A stretch of 64,000 bases of DNA. It comes from Candidatus Zixiibacteriota bacterium (GTDB lineage Bacteria; Zixibacteria; MSB-5A5; UBA10806; 4484-95). The notes below the pieces were generated by a model. It did no database searches. It was given only the letters and a program-made list of their open reading frames with translations, and was not told where the DNA came from. Shown in pieces: positions 11,132 to 21,423 of this stretch (positions are counted from its first letter, which is position 1; each line of letters opens with the position of its first letter). The translations under genes and the position numbers were made by a program. Location: the NCBI GenBank assembly GCA_037441845.1, contig JBBIRK010000001.1, positions 241,184-305,183 of the forward strand, given 5' to 3'.

Positions 11132-13000
11132 TCAATATTTCTTCTTGACGTGCTCGAGCCCCTCCTTGGGATAAACATCCAGCTCGAGCATCCACTCTTT
11201 GAGCTTGGCCACTCGGGTATTGGTGTCGGTGGGCAGATTGAAAGGTCTGCCACGCCCATCGAGAATAATCCCTACCACACCTCCGGAAATAGTCCCTTCT
11301 ATTTTATCGTTTTTCCCTTTGCCCAGATCGAGTCCGCGCCCGGGGATAAATTCCGCCTTGGCTTTCAACGGCACGCCTTTTTCGTCGATCCCCAGCTTGA
11401 TCAACTTTATCTGGCCGAATATGATTTTGCCCTCCTCGATCCGGCCGCCGGGAAGCTCGATCTTGTAAGACATCATTTCCCTTCCTTCTTTCGCCTCGCC
11501 GGCAGGAGCCACGCACGTCCCGAGATGAATAAGACAATCCTTATTGAACACCTCGCGGGCGGCCTGGTCGTGCAAAGTCGAAAGCACACCCAGTTGAGGC
11601 ATCATGAAAATCGAATCGACCGCAAGTCTGGTCACGCCCTCGGGGAGGAACGCGTCTATCAGCATCATCGCGGCCTGATTGCGTCTGGGCGCATGCGAAA
11701 GAACGCCTCCCGAGCCAATCAGCATATCGAGCGTCATCATGTTAACCAAAGTCTGCCCCGACGCCGTCTGTTCGAAAGCATCGGCGATTGTCCGCTGCTG
11801 TTGCACCCCTTTGAGCACCGTAGCGAACGATTTATGCTGAATGAATGCCAGCCGCAGCGCTTCCTTGGCGATCGCCTGCTCGAAAATCAATTCTTCCATA
11901 AGTTGCGGAATCGTGGTCGGGCGAATCATCTTGTTCTTGACTCGATTGCGCAAATCGCGTTCGTCCATGTCGAACGGCACCCAGCGCATTACGTTGGGTA
12001 GAGTCGCCTCCGCGAATACGTTCGAGACCGAATAACTCATGCCGAGATTGGCCGACACCGTGCGGTTGAATATCCCCTCGCCGCCATCGGGCCGGAAAAC
12101 GCTGAATATATCGGTCGTCGCTCCGCCGATATCGACGCCGACGACTTCTATATTTTCGAGATCGGAAATTTTCTTCATTATCAGGCCGACCGCTCCGGGA
12201 GTGGGCATTATGGGCGCATCCGTCCAGCTCATCAATTTCGAATAACCGGGCGCCTGAGCCATGACATGTTCCATGAACAGGTCGTGAATTTTCTCGCGCG
12301 CCGGAAGAAGATTTTCTTTTTCGAGCACCGGGCGAAGATTATCCACGATATCGAGCGCGGTTTTTTTGCCCAACGTTTCCTTAACCGCTTCCCGGGCATC
12401 GACATTGCCCGCATAAATTACCGGCAGATTGTAGCCGTGGCCGAGCCGTGGCTTCGGATCAGCCGCCGCTATGAGCTCGGCCAGTTCCACCACGTGCGTC
12501 GTCGTGCCGCCATCGATACCGCCGGAAAGCAAAATCATATCCGGGCGAAGGTGGCGGATACGTTCGATTTGCTCGTGCGGAAGGCGTTTATCGTTCGAGG
12601 CGATAACGTCCATCACGATGGCTCCCGCGCCGAGCGCGGCCCGCTCCGCCGATTCCGCCGTCATGGAACGCACCACGCCGGCCACCATCATTTGCAAGCC
12701 GCCGCCCGCGGACGATGTCGATATGTATATGTCGGTTCCCACATTCCCCTTGGCCGGGCTTATGATTTTGTTGTTTTCGTCGAGGATTTTCCTCCCGGAA
12801 AGCTCTTCCACCTCTCCTATGGCATTCAGAACCCCCATCGTAACGTCCTCGAAAGGAGCCTCGACGGTGGTGGGCGCTTCGCCCCGCACAATCAATCGAT
12901 ATTCGCCGTCGCGATACTCGATCAAGATCGCCTTAGTGGTGGTGGAACCGCAATCGGTGGCCAGAATTACTTTTATTTCTTCAGGTTTTAAGCCGCGCAT
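11132..13000 (-). CDS. GlmL/MutL (glutamate mutase L) family actin-like ATPase
   Basis: TDCGSTTTK, SSAGGGLQM, GGIDGG, MPTP, DIGGATTD, RTVSANLGMSYS motifs. Confidence 0.85.
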   Translation of the reverse strand: MRGLKPEEIKVILATDCGSTTTKAILIEYRDGEYRLIVRGEAPTTVEAPFEDVTMGVLNAIGEVEELSGRKILDENNKIISPAKGNVGTDIYISTSSAGGGLQMMVAGVVRSMTAESAERAALGAGAIVMDVIASNDKRLPHEQIERIRHLRPDMILLSGGIDGGTTTHVVELAELIAAADPKPRLGHGYNLPVIYAGNVDAREAVKETLGKKTALDIVDNLRPVLEKENLLPAREKIHDLFMEHVMAQAPGYSKLMSWTDAPIMPTPGAVGLIMKKISDLENIEVVGVDIGGATTDIFSVFRPDGGEGIFNRTVSANLGMSYSVSNVFAEATLPNVMRWVPFDMDERDLRNRVKNKMIRPTTIPQLMEELIFEQAIAKEALRLAFIQHKSFATVLKGVQQQRTIADAFEQTASGQTLVNMMTLDMLIGSGGVLSHAPRRNQAAMMLIDAFLPEGVTRLAVDSIFMMPQLGVLSTLHDQAAREVFNKDCLIHLGTCVAPAGEAKEGREMMSYKIELPGGRIEEGKIIFGQIKLIKLGIDEKGVPLKAKAEFIPGRGLDLGKGKNDKIEGTISGGVVGIILDGRGRPFNLPTDTNTRVAKLKEWMLELDVYPKEGLEHVKKKY

Positions 13001-13068
13001 TTTTCGCCTCTATTTTAATATCCGAACCCAAACACAACCGCCAAATATCATGAATCCGACACCAAAAG

Positions 13069-14514
13069 TCAATCGGATTTGCCTGAGGATCGGCTGTGGG
13101 ACATTGCGCTGATCAACGGATTGGCCGCCAGCGAGACCAGCATGCCGATAGTTCCGGCTTGCGGCGATGGCTGTCCGGCGAGATAGAGTATAATGCAGGT
13201 CGCCAAACCGCCGAGCGATGATGAGATCGCCCCGAATTTATTGACTTTCCGGCTCATCACCCCCCAGAAAAACGGCCCCAGAAACGTGGATCCTATGGCG
13301 CCCCACGAGATCCCGAGAATCGCCACGATCGAGGAGGGACGATAATAAGCCAGGAGCACTGATAGGCATACGAAAAAGACTGCCGATATCCGCATCAGCA
13401 CCGTCAACCCGCGATCGGATACTTTCCGATTGATAAAGCCCGAATAAACATCTTTTGCCAGCGACGAACTCGATATCAGCACCAATGCCGCCAAAGTTGA
13501 CATTGAAGCCGACAGTATCAGAAGCAGCATCAATATGGCAAGCGATGGTGACATGACGTTCGCCAAAAAAACCGGCATCAAGGCATCGAAAATCGGTCGG
13601 CCGTCCTTGAACGCCGCCGGAGCGTCGGCAGCCGACAAAAAACTTCGGGTTGCGGCACCCACGAAATAAGCCGTGCCGGTTATCAGAATGGAAAAAGCGG
13701 TGGAGGCGATCATGCCTGTCTTGATCGCTTTTCTATCGCGAATCGCATAAAATTTCTGGACAAGCTGCGGCATCGCGAAAGGCGCAACGCTGGTCAAAAA
13801 CACCAGTGAAAACAGAGGCCACAAACCGGGTGGACCGACGACTTCCGTCAATTTGCCATCGATCGCCGCCAATCCGGTTACCAGCGGCGCCAAACCGCCC
13901 GCTTTGTCGATCACATTCGCCAATAGGGCGGTAGCGCCCACAACCATTATCATGCCGAATAGAACATCGATTATGGTCATCGATCGATAACCGCCCAGCA
14001 CAAGATAAAATCCGGTGAACCCGCCCATGAACAGCAGAGCCAACCCATACTGAATGTTGAAATTCGCTTGAAATAGATAGGAAAGCCCGATAAACACAGC
14101 CGCCGAGTACGGGATAAAAAAGATGAATATCATGATCGAACCGTATAATTTGAAAAGTCCGCTGCCGTATCTTTTCTCCAAAAATTCCGGCAGGGTGCTC
14201 ACACCGTAATCGATCGACATTTTCTTTATTCGATATCCCATCAGCCACCATACCGCCAGAACGCCGATTAAAGAATTTCCGGCTGCTATCCAAAGACCGG
14301 ACAGACCGAACTCCCACCCGATCTTGCCGGCGAATCCAATAAACAGCACCGCCGAAAAATAGGCGGCTCCGTAAGTAAAAGCGGTCATCACCGGTCCGAT
14401 TTTACCTCCGCCCAGAAAATAATCCGAAAAAGATTTCGCTTTCCGCAACCCGATAAGGCCGACAACGATATTCATCAAAGCAAATGCCGCCAGGACCAAA
14501 ATCTTAACCGTCAT
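13069..14514 (-). CDS. Sodium:solute symporter (SSS family)
   Basis: DYFLGG, FIGFAG, TLPEFLEKRYG, PQLVQKFYA, SASMST motifs; about 13 TM segments. Confidence 0.92.
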   Translation of the reverse strand: MTVKILVLAAFALMNIVVGLIGLRKAKSFSDYFLGGGKIGPVMTAFTYGAAYFSAVLFIGFAGKIGWEFGLSGLWIAAGNSLIGVLAVWWLMGYRIKKMSIDYGVSTLPEFLEKRYGSGLFKLYGSIMIFIFFIPYSAAVFIGLSYLFQANFNIQYGLALLFMGGFTGFYLVLGGYRSMTIIDVLFGMIMVVGATALLANVIDKAGGLAPLVTGLAAIDGKLTEVVGPPGLWPLFSLVFLTSVAPFAMPQLVQKFYAIRDRKAIKTGMIASTAFSILITGTAYFVGAATRSFLSAADAPAAFKDGRPIFDALMPVFLANVMSPSLAILMLLLILSASMSTLAALVLISSSSLAKDVYSGFINRKVSDRGLTVLMRISAVFFVCLSVLLAYYRPSSIVAILGISWGAIGSTFLGPFFWGVMSRKVNKFGAISSSLGGLATCIILYLAGQPSPQAGTIGMLVSLAANPLISAMSHSRSSGKSD

Positions 14515-14550
14515 TCATCCCCTCCGCCTATCCTTCTGCGTTCACTCGAC

Positions 14551-15822
14551 TCAATAGTCAACGGACAGCTCCATTCTTGCCCAAAGATAATTATCAGCGC
14601 CGGTGAAATAGTAATTTCCGGGGCTGAAATATTCGCATAGAAAATGCCCCTTGATTCGGTCATCTATTTTATAGAACAATTGCCCTATCGCTAAATCACC
14701 GCGAACGTTTCCTCCGCCTCGGATCGAATCCAGATACATGGGTTTCGCCGGCGCCATTAGTCGCTGATATTGCAACTGCAGCTCCAGCTTTCCGCCAAAC
14801 TCGAAAGTCGATGATATGCGTGGAAAAAAGAGATTCGTCCAATAAGCAACTCCACCCTCAAGAATCAGCGTGTAGATATACGACTCACTCCATTTCGGCC
14901 AGCGGGCGAACATCGGATCCCATCCTTCTTGCGGGACGTATTCGTTGCCGCTTAAATAGACTATCCCCGCGGCAAGACGCCTCGGTATCCCGCTTTTCGA
15001 CACCCGCTTGTGCTCGAGTTCGGCGATGCAGCCGAGTTCATTATCGAACAATTGATATGCAAATTCGCCGGTAAAAACGATCGGTCCGCGAGGGTAGGCA
15101 ATTGTCCGCAAACCTACTGTATGTGTACTTCGCCTGGCTTCCGGTCGGGTGATGTGCTTGGAAATCTGATATATGTCGAACGCATAATCGTCGTGAATTT
15201 TGCTGAAATAGATACCCCATCCTTGCTCTTTGGCCTCGACCAACTTCTTGTCTTGAGAATTGAACTGCGGTAGGGATCGATCTTCCGCAGGCTGAATACA
15301 ATAAAAAAGATTGAGTTGATCCTCGGCATCTACTTTCCATAACGTCCTTATCGCATTGAAATAAGCCGATCGCGAGCCATCGAGAGGACCGCCGTCGGTT
15401 ACCAAAAATCCCTCGCCGAATAACATATCCTGCCGTCCCAATATCAAATCGATTCCGCTTTTCCCGATATCCGTCCAGACCAGATTCAGCTGATCGAAAA
15501 ATATCTCATCGAGTGTGAATTTCTTGTTTTCCGGAACGAAATTGTATTTGAATTCATTGCCAAGTCGGAGATTGAATGCGATCGGCCGCGCCGGCTTCCA
15601 ACCAAGCGAAAGCCGTGACCGCACTCGTAGATAGCTGCTGCCCGCGCCTGCAGACGAGGAAAGACTGGTGGCGTTGTCCCAGGTCTCGATTCGGAATCTC
15701 TGCGAAGCCTTAAGCTCGAGAGAACTTTTCTCGAAATTAGCCGATTGACCCGAAAGTTCAATATTCGCAAACAAGACAAGAACCGCTGCAATTATTGCTT
15801 TGGTGAGCCGATCAAGCTTCAC
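14551..15822 (-). CDS. Alginate-export-family outer membrane beta-barrel porin
   Basis: Signal peptide, R.R.E..D, LGRQD...GEGFL..DG motifs, C-terminal ELSVDY; GTG start at 15822 after AAGGAG. Confidence 0.75.
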   Translation of the reverse strand: MKLDRLTKAIIAAVLVLFANIELSGQSANFEKSSLELKASQRFRIETWDNATSLSSSAGAGSSYLRVRSRLSLGWKPARPIAFNLRLGNEFKYNFVPENKKFTLDEIFFDQLNLVWTDIGKSGIDLILGRQDMLFGEGFLVTDGGPLDGSRSAYFNAIRTLWKVDAEDQLNLFYCIQPAEDRSLPQFNSQDKKLVEAKEQGWGIYFSKIHDDYAFDIYQISKHITRPEARRSTHTVGLRTIAYPRGPIVFTGEFAYQLFDNELGCIAELEHKRVSKSGIPRRLAAGIVYLSGNEYVPQEGWDPMFARWPKWSESYIYTLILEGGVAYWTNLFFPRISSTFEFGGKLELQLQYQRLMAPAKPMYLDSIRGGGNVRGDLAIGQLFYKIDDRIKGHFLCEYFSPGNYYFTGADNYLWARMELSVDY

Positions 15823-15997
15823 ACACAACTCCTTTCGACAATATAACGAAGCCAATGATACCACACTTCAGGGAAATATTCAATGGCTTGCATGGAAAAG
15901 GCTTTGCGGCGAATGCAAAGGCTATCCCGTTTGGGCGGATAAATATGCGGCAAATAGAACAGGTTTCCGCTTTTACGATAAGCCACAAGTTGACAGT

Positions 15998-17494
15998 TCA
16001 ACGAACAGCGCGGCCGCCATCGATTGAAAACCACAACCGCAACGGCGGAAAGAAATGGCAGTAGCTCAACGACGAATTCCCCTTGAAATACTGCACCAGA
16101 CGGGTGATATCGGAACCGCGGAATTGGCAGTCGCCGTTACAGTCGCCGGCTACGTAAAGATAACTCGATGTCGAATCCATATAACAACTATCGGCGGGCG
16201 GGATACCGAGCCCTTTGAAATAACGCACGCCGAAAGTGACATCGCCTCCGATACACACACCGTCGCCGTTGATATCGCCAAGAACGTATTCGCAATCCCC
16301 AACCGGTATGAGTAGCGAATCCAGCGGCGTAACTGCAGTGTCAAGTCCATCGCAAAACTCGAAATAGTAATAGTGCCGACCGCCGCCGGGCCAAGGAAAG
16401 CTTACTTCGAACTCCGAGGAATCCGAATAGATATGATCATAGCTGCCCAAAACGAACGATTCGGAATCAAAGCGAAGCCGACGCATCGAGGGAAGATTGT
16501 TATCCTGGTCGATATACTTTACTCTGGCGATCAAACTCACGGTCGAATCGATATCCATACTGTGCGATCGCAGTTGTGGGGCGGAGTTTGCATTAAAATC
16601 GAGAAATTGCGTCTTAGGCTCGTAGATCGGCGGGTAAGTTAGATCGTTTATGGTCTGCCCCGAAAGACCGGCTGTTAAGGTTGCACCCATCGGCACTATG
16701 TATCCATCGGGCGGCGGCCAGCCGGGCCAATTCGGATCGGCGGAAAATTGCGAGAGGTAACAGGCCATATGCAGCTTTCCACCGCTGATACTATAACTAA
16801 TATCGCCTATCCGATTGTATGACGAATCAGCCAAGTCCAAAACGTAGAGACCCGACGACAACAATAATGGCACATTGGCATAAACCAGAGCATAATAAGA
16901 CGACTCAGGGCCGGCCGTGATCAAGAAGCCGAAAGAATAAACGAAGTAATTGAAAAGTTGGTTCAACGGCCAAGTGCCGGAGACATTGCGCAGATAGCAA
17001 TAGATTCTCGTATCGGAATAGCTCATGCCGTTTTCCGTCAAATCCAGCCAGTTGCCTGCGGAACCGCCTGCCGTATCGCCTTGGGGATCAGCGATAAAAT
17101 CGGCATACGAATAAGAAGCAGGGGGAAATTGATCGCCGGTGTTTTTCGGCGACTGGGTGATCATGAGAGTATCCCGCCGGGTGCTGAAATAGTATTCGAG
17201 CACCACCGGATTTCCCGCGAAATAGACATCGGCACTGTAGGTGAACGGGTAATACGGGAATTCAGCCGCCTGCGTCATGATAACTTGACTGAAACCGCTT
17301 TCGCCTTGCCCTCGGTGGTGCAAAACCACAATCGTCGCCTGAGAGTCCGGGGTATCGCAATTAAAAACAACCGTATGGTTGGGACTTCCGGCCGAAGCAC
17401 AACCGTAGAACAGCGATTGTGCCGTCAGGCTCCGATCGCCGATCAATATGAGCAAAAACGCCGACGATAAAATCAAAAATCTTGTCATATCCAC
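15998..17494 (-). CDS. Secreted hypothetical protein with C-terminal dockerin-like domain
   Basis: Signal peptide; C-terminal CEYVLGDINGDG...GDVTFGVRYFKG...AGDCNGDC..GSDITRLVQYFKG. Confidence 0.8.
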   Translation of the reverse strand: MDMTRFLILSSAFLLILIGDRSLTAQSLFYGCASAGSPNHTVVFNCDTPDSQATIVVLHHRGQGESGFSQVIMTQAAEFPYYPFTYSADVYFAGNPVVLEYYFSTRRDTLMITQSPKNTGDQFPPASYSYADFIADPQGDTAGGSAGNWLDLTENGMSYSDTRIYCYLRNVSGTWPLNQLFNYFVYSFGFLITAGPESSYYALVYANVPLLLSSGLYVLDLADSSYNRIGDISYSISGGKLHMACYLSQFSADPNWPGWPPPDGYIVPMGATLTAGLSGQTINDLTYPPIYEPKTQFLDFNANSAPQLRSHSMDIDSTVSLIARVKYIDQDNNLPSMRRLRFDSESFVLGSYDHIYSDSSEFEVSFPWPGGGRHYYYFEFCDGLDTAVTPLDSLLIPVGDCEYVLGDINGDGVCIGGDVTFGVRYFKGLGIPPADSCYMDSTSSYLYVAGDCNGDCQFRGSDITRLVQYFKGNSSLSYCHFFPPLRLWFSIDGGRAVR

Positions 17495-17566
17495 TCCGCT
17501 TTTTAAAACCGGGCTGCCCGGACCGTTTCCGAAAACGACCTGACTAATTGCTACATCATTGAAATA

Positions 17567-19858
17567 TCAATCGGCGATTCTCCTTGCAGGCGGCGGGAAG
17601 AAATGGCAATAGCTCAGCGATGCGTTCCCCTTGAAATATTGCACCAGGCGGGTGATATCGGAACCGCGGAACTGACAATCGCCGTTGCAATCGCCGGCAA
17701 CGTAAAGGTAACTCGATGCCGAATCCATATAGCAGCTGTCGGGAGGCTGCGGGCCGAGACCCTTGAAATAACGCACCCCGAAAGTGACATCGCCGCCGAT
17801 CCGGTTGCCGTCTCCGTTAATATCACCAGGCAAATAATCGCAGGGAGGCGCCGTGATGCTGGCGAAGGTCGTGCATTCCGGCACCCAGCCATCGGCTTCC
17901 CAATTAAAAGCGCAGTCCCGCGCTCTTGCCTTGAAATAATATCTTCCCCCGTCTCTGGCGCCGGTATAAGTGTAAGCCAGCGTATCCACCCCGATCTGCC
18001 ACGGCCACCAGCCGCTGCCCGAATCGCACCAGACGTCATAGGCGCAGATTCCGCTCGACGGCGCCGAATCCTGCCCGGCGGTCCAGGTAACCAAGAACGA
18101 TGTCGTATAGGTCGTATCGGGCGATGAGGCCTGGGTTCCATACGGTATCCGCCGATCCAAAATCATACTGCGAACAGCCGTCCAGCCCGACCAGCCGGCG
18201 GGGTTTCCCGCCCTGACCCGCCAATAATAATACCCATCGGGCCGGGAGCTCAACGAATAGCCGAAATAATTATAAACCAGAGTGCTGTCGTTGTAAATCG
18301 GCGTTGACATCGGGGGATTGTCGGCGAGCTGGACATGATATTTGGTGGCGCATAAGGGGACGACCCAATTACCGCCGACATACGAGGAATTGGTTGGGAA
18401 ACCATCCGGCGGATAAAGACCGGTCGGAGTATTAGGCGGCGCGGTCGCTCCCACGTCCATATCCGCAAGCATTATATATTGCGACGAGCTTATGAACGGC
18501 ATCGACACATACGTGTTATTTCCGTAATAGTCCCGCGACGAAGGGAGCGTATTATATCCGAATGAGCTGTTCGTGTATGTTGCGAACGGATCATACTGGT
18601 CCATGCCGTTAATTAAGTGTTCGAGATGATATTGATTATCCTCCTGCTCGAGAGCCACCATGTAATGGTAGGCGGGATTTTGAGTCGGCCACCATTGGCA
18701 ATTGTTCACGGAGTCGCGCATGTTTTCATCCACGTGATATATAAGCAGGCCATGGGCCGCCAGCGCGGTGTCGGTGAATATCGGCTGCCTGTTCTCGGCC
18801 AGAAAATACTGCAGGCTCGTGGTATCGCCATAGGTCCACAATCTATAGACACAGGCACTGTCCTCCACCGCCGGAATATGAACATTTTGCACGAAACAGG
18901 GGATATTCGTCCTTTGAACGAAACCGAGTTTTACCCTGCTCCAGGCATCGAGAAAAGCCGGACTGGAACCAGACATGGTATCCGGCCAACCGAGATCACC
19001 GTTCCATCCTCCGTAGGCCATCAGCGACCAATAGCCAAGCCCGTAAGACAGGCCGCCGTAACCACCCTTATCGTAAAGATCGGGAAGGCCGAGGATATGC
19101 CCGAATTCATGGGCGAAAACCCCGACCGTGTGATCATAAGGCGCGTAGCGATACTCGGGATCGACACAATAATATTTGATCACTACGCCGTCGCGGGTCT
19201 GGGGCGTGATCTCCCATTTGTGCGACCAGACATCCAAAGTATCCAGCGATAATTCGGCTCCCCGGCCGGAATGTATGATTATCACCCCATCCACCGTGTC
19301 GTCGGCATCGTTATCATAATTGGCCAAATTCACGTATGGGTCGATCAAAACGAGGATATCTTCGCATAATTTCTGGGAATTGTTTGGATAGCTTCCCATG
19401 CCGTAACTGTTGGTTCCCCCTTGGGCGGTATAATAACGCCGATTCTGCGGCAGAACTTTCCAGCCCAACGTTGACGGCAGGTTAACCGTGACGATATCCA
19501 GGGTTCCATAGGAGGCGCGATTATAGAATTGACGCAGCGATGGTCCTCTGTGGTAGGTTTGATCGAAAATCAAACTATCGAATGATGCCGCCGATGTCAA
19601 GGGAGTCTGATCCGAAAATCTCGCCAGCACCACCAGAGTGTTGAAATTGGCGAGAGCCGTCGTGCGCGTTGTCAGAGGACGATCGAGCCCCCGATTAATG
19701 CCGACCTTTGCCGCATATTCCGGATTCTGCATAAACAGAGGCGCCGGGACTTCCCCATTCGCGATCTTCAACAGGTTTTGTGGGTGCGGCGGCATTCCGT
19801 TCAAAGCCACAAAACTCGATAAAACCACCGAAAATACCAATAACACAACGCGCAACAT
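17567..19858 (-). CDS. M6 family (immune inhibitor A-like) metalloprotease with Fn3-like domains and dockerin-like C-terminus
   Basis: IWSH-like VWSHKW, HEFGHILGLPDLYD, WSLMAYG, EYFL-like QYFLAENRQ, GLLIYHVD motifs; signal peptide; dockerin. Confidence 0.92.
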   Translation of the reverse strand: MLRVVLLVFSVVLSSFVALNGMPPHPQNLLKIANGEVPAPLFMQNPEYAAKVGINRGLDRPLTTRTTALANFNTLVVLARFSDQTPLTSAASFDSLIFDQTYHRGPSLRQFYNRASYGTLDIVTVNLPSTLGWKVLPQNRRYYTAQGGTNSYGMGSYPNNSQKLCEDILVLIDPYVNLANYDNDADDTVDGVIIIHSGRGAELSLDTLDVWSHKWEITPQTRDGVVIKYYCVDPEYRYAPYDHTVGVFAHEFGHILGLPDLYDKGGYGGLSYGLGYWSLMAYGGWNGDLGWPDTMSGSSPAFLDAWSRVKLGFVQRTNIPCFVQNVHIPAVEDSACVYRLWTYGDTTSLQYFLAENRQPIFTDTALAAHGLLIYHVDENMRDSVNNCQWWPTQNPAYHYMVALEQEDNQYHLEHLINGMDQYDPFATYTNSSFGYNTLPSSRDYYGNNTYVSMPFISSSQYIMLADMDVGATAPPNTPTGLYPPDGFPTNSSYVGGNWVVPLCATKYHVQLADNPPMSTPIYNDSTLVYNYFGYSLSSRPDGYYYWRVRAGNPAGWSGWTAVRSMILDRRIPYGTQASSPDTTYTTSFLVTWTAGQDSAPSSGICAYDVWCDSGSGWWPWQIGVDTLAYTYTGARDGGRYYFKARARDCAFNWEADGWVPECTTFASITAPPCDYLPGDINGDGNRIGGDVTFGVRYFKGLGPQPPDSCYMDSASSYLYVAGDCNGDCQFRGSDITRLVQYFKGNASLSYCHFFPPPARRIAD

Positions 19859-20172
19859 AAGAACCTCCGATCAAGGTTCGATTTATTTATTCTTGAATTG
19901 CTTGTTCAATTACCTTAATCTGAAATCTGAAATCCGCCTTAGAGTGCATTATCCAGAAATGATACTTTGATATCGTTAAACAAGGAGCAGTTGCTCTTTA
20001 CTTGTAAATATGGTATCAATTATCTATAAAGCAAGAAAAAAATCGAGCTTTCTGTATTATAGCGGCGGCCGAAATCGATCCCGCCGGTCGTATGGATCTA
20101 TTTAAGATGACACCCGATATCAATGGCGGCAAGTTCGGGCGAAAGAGTAATCCGGCCTGCGAAAATTAATTT

Positions 20173-21261
20173 TCAAACGTTGAACTTGAATTGAATCACG
20201 TCGCCGTCGCGAACGATATAATCTTTTCCCTCCATTCTCACCTTACCCTGGTGGCGTGATTGCGCCCAACCGCCGATCGCCGCAAGTTCTTTGAATGCGA
20301 TGGTTTCTGCCTTGATGAAGCCCCGCTGTATATCGCTGTGGATTACTCCTGCCGCGGTATATGCGGTCGTTCCCCGGGGAACCGCCCAGGCCCGCGCCTC
20401 TTTTTCGTTGGCCGTCAAAAAACAAATAAGGTCGAGAAGCTCGAAAGATCGTGAAATCACCTCGGCAAGCGCGGTTTCTTTGATCCCGATCTCCTTCATG
20501 AATTCCCGCCGATCGGATTCGCCAAGTTCCGCCAGCTCCATTTCAAGCTTGCCGCAAACGGCCGCCGCCAGACAACGATCAGGAATATGCGGAAAACATT
20601 CGGCGGTAATCTGGGCCGATGCTCCTATTTGATCCTCACCGATATTCAATAGATAAAGCACCGGTTTGAGACTGAGGAAGCCGAATCCCGCCAATTGCGT
20701 TTGCTCCTCTTTCGCAAGGTCCAATCCCCGCAACGGACGGCCCGTTTCCAGATGATTTTTCATCTTCTCCATGGTCTGATGCTCTTTTTGATATTCCGGC
20801 GAAGGTTTAACCTTGAGCAGGTGTCGCAATTTCTCCAAGCGGTTTTCAACTAGAATAAGGTCGCTTATTATCAATTCCGTTTCGACTTCGGCCGCGTCGC
20901 GGGATGGGTTGATATCGCCTAAGGGATGCGCGACGTTGTCGTTTTTGAAACAACGCAGCACAACTATTACGGCCGCTGTCTGTCGTAGTGCGGTCAAGCG
21001 ATCCGCCTCGCCGGACTTTTCCCTTGCTTTCTCTTTTTCCAGTCCAGCAACGTCGATAAATTCGATTTCCACATTGACTAATCGCGCCGCGCCCATAATT
21101 TCCGCCAGCTTAGTGAGCCGTTCGTCGGGGACTTTCACGACCGCCACGTTCGGCCGTTTGGATTTTGCGGAGTCGCCGATTTGGGCATGAGCCGCCGCAA
21201 GGGCGTTGAAAATGGTGCTCTTGCCTGATTGCCTTAACCCGGTGATGCCTATCTGAATCAT
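20173..21261 (-). CDS. ychF: Ribosome-binding ATPase YchF
   Basis: GKSTIFNAL, VPDERL, DVAGL, AAGVIHSD..RGFIKAE, EGKDYIVRDGDV; ATG at 21261 after GAGG. Confidence 0.93.
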   Translation of the reverse strand: MIQIGITGLRQSGKSTIFNALAAAHAQIGDSAKSKRPNVAVVKVPDERLTKLAEIMGAARLVNVEIEFIDVAGLEKEKAREKSGEADRLTALRQTAAVIVVLRCFKNDNVAHPLGDINPSRDAAEVETELIISDLILVENRLEKLRHLLKVKPSPEYQKEHQTMEKMKNHLETGRPLRGLDLAKEEQTQLAGFGFLSLKPVLYLLNIGEDQIGASAQITAECFPHIPDRCLAAAVCGKLEMELAELGESDRREFMKEIGIKETALAEVISRSFELLDLICFLTANEKEARAWAVPRGTTAYTAAGVIHSDIQRGFIKAETIAFKELAAIGGWAQSRHQGKVRMEGKDYIVRDGDVIQFKFNV

Positions 21262-21423
21262 TAGAACGGCCTCGGTGTAATCGAGTTTGCCTTGATTAAG
21301 ATAATAAACGATTTCGGTATGCGCCGCAATGATGATCGTAAAATCACAAGATGAAACAGCCGATGGGAGCCTCAAATCACCGTAAAGAAATTCGGGCTTT
21401 TCAATGTTGCGGTTATTTATCGA

